Below, one piece after another: positions 37,185 through 46,500 of a DNA stretch of 64,000 bases. The stretch is from Terrimicrobiaceae bacterium (GTDB lineage Bacteria; Verrucomicrobiota; Verrucomicrobiia; Chthoniobacterales; Terrimicrobiaceae): positions 1-64,000 of the forward strand of contig JBGSVZ010000028.1 in assembly GCA_041752695.1 (NCBI GenBank), given 5' to 3'. The position numbers and the translations under genes were made by a program. The stretch's first letter is position 1; every line of letters begins with the position of its first letter. The notes beneath the pieces were generated by a model. That model was not told the origin of the DNA, did no database searches, and saw only the letters and a program-made list of their open reading frames with translations.

Positions 37185-38552
37185 CTATTCCCGCTTGTCT
37201 GCCGCGGATCGAGCGGAATCACCCGCGGGTTTCCGCGGGGCGGCAAGCGAGCGGACGTAACGATCCATCGCGGGTTTCGGATGCGCGGCGAAACCGGCAA
37301 AGACGCAGAAAATGACGGACCCCGGACCCGCCAGCCAGTTCCCGGCAAACAGCGCGACGGCCCCGGTGACAAACAGGGCTTTAAACATCATCATCGACTC
37401 GCCTCGGATGCCGAGCTTTTCGAAAATGCGCACCTGTTTCCAGAGCAGATAAAACGCGTAAAAAAAGCACGCGCCGCCAATCACGCCAAAGGAGAATAGA
37501 ATTTCGAAATAACCGTTGTCGCCGATGGCCGCCTCGGAATCTGCGCTCCCGGTATTAACCCGCCCGGCTAGTCCCGTCGATCCGAGACCTGTGCCGAGAG
37601 GGTTTTTCAGCAACGCCCCGACGCCGTAATTGGCGATGGCAATGCGGCCCTTGAATGAGCCGTCCTCGGTGATGTTGCCAATGCTGGAAAGCCGCTCACC
37701 CACCTTGCCCGAACTGGGGGTGCGGTTGAGAATGGTATTGCCCGCCACCGCGGCGACGCAGAGCAGGACGATGATTTGGATGGTGTTTTTGCCGCGGTTG
37801 AGCACGGGAAACATCACGGCCGCGAGTCCGATTGTGATGATGGCTGTGCGCACAAAGGTGAGCAAAATCGTGGCGAGAATGATCATGACCGAGATCCAGC
37901 CTAGGGTGTTGCGCCAGCGTTTCGAAACGATCATGGGAATGACCGCAAAGGCCAGAAACCCAGCCAGAACACCGCGTTCGCTCATCGTCGAAAAGACCAC
38001 CATCTGGGTGGGCTTGAGCTGGCCCAGATACCCTTCGAAACCCACGGCCCGCACCCAGAAGGCATCCCAGGCCGGGATGGTGTAATATTGATACCACCCG
38101 TAGAGGCTCACCACGACGGCCGCCCAGCCCACCGATCTCACCCAACGATCGAGAACCCGCTCGTTGCCATTGGCGATGGCTGCGCAGCCAAGAATGGAAA
38201 GCGGCGCCACGTATTCCGCCAGGGCGTAGACGGCGGCGAATTGATTGCGCACCAGCCCCACCAGAAAACCGATGGCCAGCGCGGCGGTGAAGAATTTGAA
38301 AATTCGCTGCAAATAGCCGGGCAGGCCCTGGTAGTTTTGCAGCACCATCAGAAAGACAAAGCCCGAGATGATCAGCGGCGTGAGGCTGATCGGAGAAAAT
38401 GGATTAAACGCCCCGGCCACCCAGTCCATGTACCGTCGGATGCCCCGGTTTAATACCGTGACCCAGACCAGGTAATCAATCAGCCAGCTGGAATTGGTCA
38501 GGTAAAAATAGGCCGCTGGCGCAACAAGCAGCAGGGCGACGAACCAATCCAT
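37185..38552 (-). CDS. O-antigen ligase / Wzy_C family membrane protein
   Basis: About 11 TM segments, LLTFVRTA, DGSFKGRI, NPLGTGLGSTG, DNGYFEILFSFGVIG. The true start MDWFVALLL lies inside the long ORF-track ORF. Confidence 0.85.
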   Translation of the reverse strand: MDWFVALLLVAPAAYFYLTNSSWLIDYLVWVTVLNRGIRRYMDWVAGAFNPFSPISLTPLIISGFVFLMVLQNYQGLPGYLQRIFKFFTAALAIGFLVGLVRNQFAAVYALAEYVAPLSILGCAAIANGNERVLDRWVRSVGWAAVVVSLYGWYQYYTIPAWDAFWVRAVGFEGYLGQLKPTQMVVFSTMSERGVLAGFLAFAVIPMIVSKRWRNTLGWISVMIILATILLTFVRTAIITIGLAAVMFPVLNRGKNTIQIIVLLCVAAVAGNTILNRTPSSGKVGERLSSIGNITEDGSFKGRIAIANYGVGALLKNPLGTGLGSTGLAGRVNTGSADSEAAIGDNGYFEILFSFGVIGGACFFYAFYLLWKQVRIFEKLGIRGESMMMFKALFVTGAVALFAGNWLAGPGSVIFCVFAGFAAHPKPAMDRYVRSLAAPRKPAGDSARSAADKRE

Positions 38553-38696
38553 TCCGCGAGAGTTAATCAGGAAAGACGAACGGTGAAAATCGCGAAGCCA
38601 GTTTTTTCGCACGAGCGCCGTCGGGCCACCCTGACCACACACTCGTGTCGACGACGCTTTACAACCTGTTGCAAAAACCGATATTTCTCGGCATCC

Positions 38697-40562
38697 ATGC
38701 TCACCGCTCTTCATCCCATCCTGGCTTCCGGCCGCGGTCGCGAGCGGGACGATGGTGGCTGGAAAAGTTTCCCGGTTCGCGTGGCGGAGGTGGCAGTTCA
38801 GTTCCCGCAGAAAACCGCGGTCATTGCCGGGGAGAACTCCTGCACGTTCGCGGAGCTCGACCGGATGGCAAACGCCGTCGCGGCGCGGTTGATGGCGATG
38901 GGCATTGTGCGGGGCGATTTGGTGGGGCTGTGTGCCGGCCGCCGCTTGGAAACCGTGGCCGGCTTGCTTGGGATCTTGCGCAGCGGGGCTGCCTACGTTC
39001 CGCTGGATCCGGCTTTCCCGCCGGACCGGCTGGCCGTGATGATCGAGGATTCCGGATTGCGGGTCGTGGTCACGCAAAGCGATCTCCACCATGTGGTCGG
39101 CCCGCGCGACGTGGTCTTCCTCGATTTGGATCAACCGCTCGGCATGGCGCCATCGGATTTTGTCGCGCCGGAATGTGGACCGGAGGACCTGGCTTATGTG
39201 ATTTACACGTCCGGCTCCACCGGACGCCCCAAGGGCGTGCAAATTCCGCATCGCGCGGTGGTGAATTTTACGCTGTCCATGGCGCGTGAACCGGGCATGA
39301 CCTCCACGGATCTTCTGCTCGCCGTGACGACCTTTTCTTTCGACATGAGCGGACTGGAAATTTTCCTGCCCCTGGCCACCGGAGCCACGATGGTGCTCGC
39401 GAGCGAGGAAATGCGACGGGATGGACGCCTGCTTGCGACGGAGATGGAGCGGGTTGGTGTCACGGTGATGCAGGCCACCCCTGGAACATGGCGGATGCTG
39501 CGTGAGACGGGCTGGGAAGGCCGTCCGGGGTTGAAAATCCTCACCGGGGCGGAACCCGTGGCGCGCGCGCTGGTCAACGACTTGTCCGGCCGCTGCGCTT
39601 CGCTGTGGAATCTCTACGGGCCCACTGAGACCACGATCTGGTCCACGCTCGTGCAGCTGGAGGCGGGTGAAGGTCCGGTGCCGATTGGATGCCCGATCGA
39701 CAACACCCAGGTTTCCATCGTTAATCCCGCCAACGAACCCGTCCCGAATGGCGAAGTTGGGGAATTGCTCATCGGGGGGGACGGTGTGGCGCTGGGGTAT
39801 CATCAGCGACCGGAACTGACCGCAGAAAAGTTCGTACCCGATTTTGCGAAGCCGGACAGCGGCCGGAAGGTGTATCGCACCGGCGATCTGGTGCGCTGGA
39901 AAAACGGAGTGTTGGAGTTTGTCGCGCGCGTGGACCAGCAGGTGAAAATTCGTGGCTTTCGCATCGAACTCGGGGAGATCGAAAGTCTGATCGAACTGAA
40001 CGCTGGAGTGCGCCAGGCCGTTGTTGTCGTGCGTGAAGACCCCTCCGGTTCGCCCCGGTTGGTGGCCCATGTGGCCGGTGAGGTGGATCTGGCAGAAATC
40101 AAACGCCGTCTTGTCGCACAGTTGCCCGATTATATGGTCCCCACCGCTTTGGTGCGGGCGGAGACGTTTCCGCTGACGGCGACGGGCAAGGTGGACCGGG
40201 CTCAATTGGCGCGCCTTCCGGTGACGGAACCGGTTCGGGTGTTTGCCCTTCCGGGCACCGCCCTGGAAAAGGTGCTCCAATCCATTTGGGCAGATGTGTT
40301 GGGTCGCGAGGATGTGGGGTGTGAGGACAATTTTTCCGATCTCGGTGGTGATTCGATTCAGTTGGCGGTCGTCCACGCTCGCGTCTCTGTGGCGGTGGGG
40401 CGCGCGTTGCCGATAACGGACTTGTTTGCCCAGCCTTCCATTCGCGCGCTGGCCCGTCATCTGGAGGCAGCGGCTCCGACCGGCCACGACGATGTCCGCT
40501 CGCGGGCCATAAAACAGCGTCAGGTCTTGGCCGCGCGTCATCCCTGCGTGGTGCGACGATGA
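38697..40562 (+). CDS. Stand-alone NRPS loading module (A-PCP), probably Gly-activating
   Basis: YTSGSTGRPKG, FSFDMSGLE, NLYGPTETT, YRTGD, QVKIRGFRIELGEIE, TGKVDR, PCP DLGGDSI. No C domain. Confidence 0.92.
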   Translation: MLTALHPILASGRGRERDDGGWKSFPVRVAEVAVQFPQKTAVIAGENSCTFAELDRMANAVAARLMAMGIVRGDLVGLCAGRRLETVAGLLGILRSGAAYVPLDPAFPPDRLAVMIEDSGLRVVVTQSDLHHVVGPRDVVFLDLDQPLGMAPSDFVAPECGPEDLAYVIYTSGSTGRPKGVQIPHRAVVNFTLSMAREPGMTSTDLLLAVTTFSFDMSGLEIFLPLATGATMVLASEEMRRDGRLLATEMERVGVTVMQATPGTWRMLRETGWEGRPGLKILTGAEPVARALVNDLSGRCASLWNLYGPTETTIWSTLVQLEAGEGPVPIGCPIDNTQVSIVNPANEPVPNGEVGELLIGGDGVALGYHQRPELTAEKFVPDFAKPDSGRKVYRTGDLVRWKNGVLEFVARVDQQVKIRGFRIELGEIESLIELNAGVRQAVVVVREDPSGSPRLVAHVAGEVDLAEIKRRLVAQLPDYMVPTALVRAETFPLTATGKVDRAQLARLPVTEPVRVFALPGTALEKVLQSIWADVLGREDVGCEDNFSDLGGDSIQLAVVHARVSVAVGRALPITDLFAQPSIRALARHLEAAAPTGHDDVRSRAIKQRQVLAARHPCVVRR

Positions 40563-43500
40563 GTTTGCCGTTGGACGCCATTGCGATTGTCGGCATGTCG
40601 GGACGTTTTCCCGGCGCGGAAGATGTGAACGCCTTTTGGAATAATCTCGCGGGGGGCCGCGAGACCATTACGCGTTTCCCCGAAGAGGAGACGGAATTTT
40701 CCATGGCTACCGCGGCCGCCCGGGCCAAGGGCGCGACGTTCGTACGCGCCCGCGGAATCCTCGAAGGGGCCGACCTTTTTGACGCGGAATTTTTCCGAAT
40801 CCAACCCCGGGAGGCCGAGATCATGGACCCCCAGCACCGCATTTTTTTGGAGTGCGCCTGGGAGGCAATCGAATCGGCGGGCTATAACTCGGAAACCTAT
40901 CCGGGGCTCATTGGAGTTTATGCGGGTTCAAGTCTCAGTTCCTATCTGCTGAGCAATCTGAACCAGACTCCGGAGGCCCTCGCAAAATTTGCCGGCGGGT
41001 ATCCGGTCGGGGATTTTTCGACCATGCTCGGCAACGAGCGGGATTACTTGCCGACCCGCGTGGCTTACAAATTAAATTTGCGCGGTCCCAGCATGGCGAT
41101 TCAAACCGCGTGCTCGACGTCCCTCGTCGCGGTCTGCCAGGCCTGCACCGCATTGCAGGCGTATCAGTGCGACATGGCGCTGGCCGGCGGTGTCTCGGTC
41201 ACCTTCCCGCAAAAACGCGAATACCTTTACGAAGAAGACGGAATGATTTCGCCCGACGGTGTCTGCCGCAGTTTCGATGCGGAAGCCCAGGGCACAGTCT
41301 TTTCCCATGGCTCTGGTGTGGTGCTGCTCAAGCGGCTGGCCGACGCGGAGGCCGCTGGGGACACGGTGCTCGCAGTCATTCGCGGTTATGCCCTGAACAA
41401 CGACGGTTCGGAAAAAATCGGCTTCGCCGCGCCAGGCCTTCACGCTCAGGCTTCCGTCATTGCCTCCGCCCAGGCCCTCGCGGATGTCGATCCCGCGTCC
41501 ATTTCCTATATTGAGGCCCACGGCACGGGAACGCCGCTGGGTGATCCGATTGAGGTTGCCGCGCTCACCAAAGCCTTCCGCGAGGGCGGCAGCAGCGGCA
41601 CGGGATTCTGCGCCCTCGGTTCTGCCAAGACTAACGTTGGGCATCTGGATGTGGCCGCCGGGGTGACCGGTCTGATCAAGACGATCCTGCAGCTTCGTCA
41701 CGAATTCATTCCGCCGCTTCTGCATTTTCGTTCGCCGAATCCACGGATTGATTTTGTGGGCAGTCCCTTTTTTCCCGCCGATCAGCCGCGTTCGTGGCCA
41801 CGTGCCGGGGCACCGCGTCGCGCCGGGGTGAGTTCCTTCGGCGTGGGAGGCACCAATGCGCACGTCGTGATCGAGGAGGCCCCGGAGGTTTTGCTCAAGG
41901 CTCCGGCGCGTCGATCTCAACTTCTCTTGCTCTCCGCGCGTTCCCCCGCCGCTTTGCAACGGATGTCCGAGCGATTGGCTTATCATTTGGAAGACCAGCC
42001 GGGTCTGGATCTCGCGGATGTTTCTTTCACGCTGGCCGTCGGCCGCAAGGCTTTCGGATACCGCCGTGCCTTGGTCGCAGCCAGTGTGGCCGAGGCGATC
42101 CGGGGCCTGCGGGAATCTGGTACAGGCATCGTCTCTTTGCCGGAAAATCCCAATCGTGCCGCGACGGATTTGCTGGCCGCGCTGTCGACCGCGGTCGATC
42201 CGGCGCCTTTGCAGGCCTTGCTCGGTGACCTTTGGGTGGGGGGAGCCTCTCCGGATTGGACGGTCTATTTCGCCGCGGAAAAACGGCGGAGAGTCCCTCT
42301 GCCGACCTACCCGTTTGAACGGAAACGGTTTTGGGTGGAACCCGCCTCCAAAATGATCGAGGAGATCGACGGGCCGGCTTTCGAGGAGGAACCCGCTCCG
42401 GCAGGCGATCGCCGGACTCCGCTTTTGGAAACGCTTCGAGACCTGGTGGAGGAACTCTCCGGGCGGATGATTGAGGAAGACGACACATCCTTCAATGAAT
42501 TGGGTTTTGACTCTTTGTTGCTCACGCAAGTGAGTCAGGCGGTTTTCACCCGCTTCGGCGTGAAGGTGAGCTTCCGGCAGTTGCTGGGCGATGTTTCCAG
42601 TCTCCGGATCTTGGCCGACCACATCGATGGGAAACTTCCAGCCGACGCTCCGACCCAGCAACCCGTTCCGGGAAAGCCGGGTTCCCGTCTGCCCGTCGTG
42701 CGCTGGCCGGGAACTGCCGGACCGGCGCTGGTTGCCAGCACCCGTTTCGGACCCTACAAATCCCTGCAGCGGGAATCCGGCGACCTCACCGACCATCAGC
42801 GCAAGGCGCTGGACGATCTGATCGCACGCTATGTTCGCCGTACGGCCGGATCCAAAAACTGCACAGCGGAAAACCGCGCGCACTTCGCGGACCCACGGGC
42901 TGTTGCCGGATTTCATCCGCTCTGGAAGGAGATGGTGTATCCCATCGTCGCAGATCGTTCCAAGGGCTCGACGATCTGGGACATTGACGGCAACGCCTAC
43001 GTGGATCTCACCATGGGATTTGGCACGTATTTTTTCGGCCATTCTCCCGACTGGCTGGTGTCCGCCGTGCAAGCGCAATTGCAAAAGGGCATCGAAATCG
43101 GCCCGCAGTCCGCCTCCGCTGGAGCCATCGCGCGGGACATTTGCGAGTTCACCGGCCAGGAACGCGTGACCTTCTGCAACACGGGTTCCGAAGCAGTGAT
43201 GGCCGCGCTTCGTCTGGCGCGCCTGGCCACAGGACGGACCCGGGTGGCGTGCTTTACGGGTGACTATCACGGCATGTTCGACGAAGTGTTGGTGAGGGGT
43301 TCCTGGGTGGATGGCGAGTACCGCGCCCAACCCGTTGCGCCCGGGATTCCGTCCTCCCTGGTGGAAAACATGCTGGTACTCGACTATGGCACGCCGGAAA
43401 CGTTGGACATCCTCCGGCGACATGCCGGAGAACTGGCGGCCATCCTGGTCGAGCCCGTGCAAAGCCGGCGTCCTGATTGGCAGCCACGGGAATTTCTGCA

Positions 43501-46500
43501 GGAATTGCGTGCCCTGGCCACCCGCTCCGGTGCGGCCCTGATTTTCGACGAAGTGGTGACGGGTTTTCGGTGTCACCCCGGCGGCGCGCAGGCGTTGTTT
43601 GGCGTGCAGGCGGATCTTGCCACCTATGGCAAAGTTCTGGGCGGGGGAATCCCCATTGGCGTGGTGGCGGGCAGCCGGAAGTTCATGGACGGCCTGGACG
43701 GAGGCGACTGGAAATACGGCGATGACTCGGGACCGGAGACCGGGATGACATTTTTTGCCGGGACCTTTGTGCGGCACCCCCTGGCCATGGCGGCTGCCCG
43801 TGCCGTGCTCCTCCACCTTCGCGAACAAGGCCCGGGGCTGCAACTGCGCATGACCGAACGCACCGCGCTCCTGGCGCGGACGCTAAACCAAAACTTCACC
43901 GTGGCCGGGGTCCCGCTGCATATGCCGCATTTCAGCGCGGTGGCCGGCCTCGAATATGCGCAGGAACTGCCCCACGCCAGTCTGCTTTGGTATTATCTCA
44001 GGGAAAAAGGCCTTCATATTTGGGAAGGGCGGCCGATCTACCTGACCTCCGCGCACACCGACGCCGATTTTGACCGCGTCGTATCTGCCTTCCGGGACAG
44101 CGTCGGCGAAATGCAGGACGCCCATTTTCTTCCTGCCGCCCCAGCACGAGAGGCGCTTGGGATGGCCGCCGAATTCCCCCGCGTGGACCGGTCTCCCACC
44201 ACGGAGGCCCAGCGCGAGATCTGGACGTCCGCGTCGATGGGCGACGATGCCAATCGCTCGTTCAACGAGGCGATCACGCTCACCTTTACCGGGCCTCTCG
44301 ATCGGCCGACCCTGGAAAACTCCCTCCTCCATATTGTGCAGCGGCACGAGGCTCTGCGAAGCACCTTCAGCGCCGATGGGATGGAACAGATTTTTTATCC
44401 AGCCCCAGAGAACGTCGATCTGCCGATCACCGATTTGCGCGCCCTTTCAGCGGCCGATCGGGAGTTGCGCCTGGCCGCGGAATGTGCCCTCTGCACCGCG
44501 CACGTTTTTGACCTGACTAATGGGCCGCTGCTTCTGTTGCGGCTCATCATTCTTGAGGATCAACGGCTTGTTCTCCTCGTCACGGCGCATCATCTGGTTT
44601 GCGACGGCTGGTCTCTTGGCATGATCGTCGAGGAATTAGCCCTCAGCTACAACTCCGGCAAGGCGTGTCGTCTTCCCATGCTGCCGCCTCCGCTCCCGTT
44701 CGGAAATTACGCCCGGGCGCTGCGCGGGCCGCAGTCGGAAAATCAGAAGGACCGCGATTATTGGATTTCCCTTTTTGCGGATGGCACTCCGACATTGGAA
44801 TTGCCACTCGACCGCCCGCGTCCCGCCCTTAAAACCTATGCCGGTGGGATGGAAACACTCGTGGTTGATGCCGGTCGGTTCGCCCGCCTGCAAAAGGCCT
44901 CCCCGCGACTGGGAGGCACCCTGTTTTCGACTTTGCTAAGTGTCTTTGCCACCCTGCTCCATCGCCTGAGCGGACAGAACGATCTCGTCATCGGCGTGCC
45001 TTCGGCCGGACAGACTCTCGCGGGCTCCCGGGAATTGATCGGTCATTGCCTGAACTTTCTGCCCCTGCGATTGCGCTGCGAGGAAGGTCAGGCTTTTCGG
45101 GCGTTTGCCGAGGCCGCCAGTCGCGTGGTGATCGAGGCTTACGAGCATCAAAATTATACCTTTGGCAGTCTGGTCCGGGAATTAAGGTTGCCCCGCGACG
45201 CCAGTCGACTGCCGCTGGTCTCGGTGATGTTTAATATCGATAAATCCGGCTTCGACCGTCTTTCTTTTGATGGGCTGGATTTTCGGGTGGGCACCAACGC
45301 CAAACAGTTTGTTAATTTTGACCTCTTTTTCAATCTCGCGCAAAGTGACGATCGACTGGAGGTCGAATGTGAATACAATACGGACCTGTTTGATGCCGCG
45401 ACGATCCAACGCTGGCTCGCCTCGTTCGAGTCGCTCATCGAAGGGGTGCTCAACGACGGGGCTTCCACCCTCGAAACATTACCTGTCCTCAGTGAGGCCG
45501 AAAAGGACATGTTGGCCGGATGGAACGCAACGACCTGCGGATGTCCGGGTGATCGTGGAGTCCATGAACTGGTGGCCTCCATGGCGGCGGCCCTTCCCGA
45601 CAAAACCGCCGTGCGCTGCGGCTCCTCGTCGCTGAGTTATCGCGACCTTGATCAAGGCGCCAATCGCCTCGCGGCACATCTGCAGTCCGTGGGCGTTGCT
45701 TCGGGCGATCTCGTGGGACTTTGTGCGAAACGCTCGCCAGAGATGGTTGTTGGGCTCCTTGGCATCCTGAAAGCCGGCGCGGCTTATGTTCCCATGGACC
45801 CCGACTTTCCCGCGCAGCGGCTGGGCTTGATGGTCGAGGATACCCGGATGCGCGTGCTGGTCACCGAGAGAGACCTCCTGGATCAACTCTCCCCGCACCA
45901 CGCGCTCACTGTCTTGCTCGACGTTCCCCTGGCAGAACCTCCCGCGGACTTTGCTCCGGTCAGCGTTGGAGGCGAGAATCCGGCCTACGTTATTTTCACT
46001 TCGGGCTCGACCGGGCGTCCCAAGGGCGTGCGCATCCCCCATCGCGCCTTGGGGAATTTCCTCACCTCCATGCGGTGCGAACCGGGACTGACCGTCGACG
46101 ACACGCTGCTCTCCGTCACGACTTTGTCTTTTGATATTTCCGGTCTGGAAATTTTCCTGCCCCTGACGACCGGTGCCACGGTGGTCCTTGCAGCGCGGGA
46201 AACTGTCATGGATGGTTACCTTTTGCGCGACGAGCTTGCGCAGAGTGGGGCCACCGTAATGCAGGCCACCCCGGCCACCTGGCGGCTTTTGCTCGAAGCA
46301 GGATGGCGCGGGGACAAAAATCTCAAGATTCTGATCGGCGGTGAGGCGGTCCCCCGGGAACTCGTCAATCAGCTTGTGCCCCTCTGCGGGTCACTTTGGA
46401 ATCTCTACGGCCCAACGGAAACCACCATCTGGTCCACGGTGGCGCGAATGGAATCCGGTAATACACCCGTTCGGATCGGGCGACCCATCGACAATACGCA

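Noticed and set aside
37185..40541. 1118-aa minus-strand ORF suggesting a giant protein overlapping the NRPS
   Set aside because: The first ~660 codons are the antisense shadow of the A-PCP gene. Only 38552-37185 has family motifs.
41072..43843. 923-aa antisense ORF inside the PKS (similar cases at 5452-7296, 28006-29328, 29436-31013, 60931-62325)
   Set aside because: These are typical stop-poor antisense frames of GC-rich genes, with no motifs.
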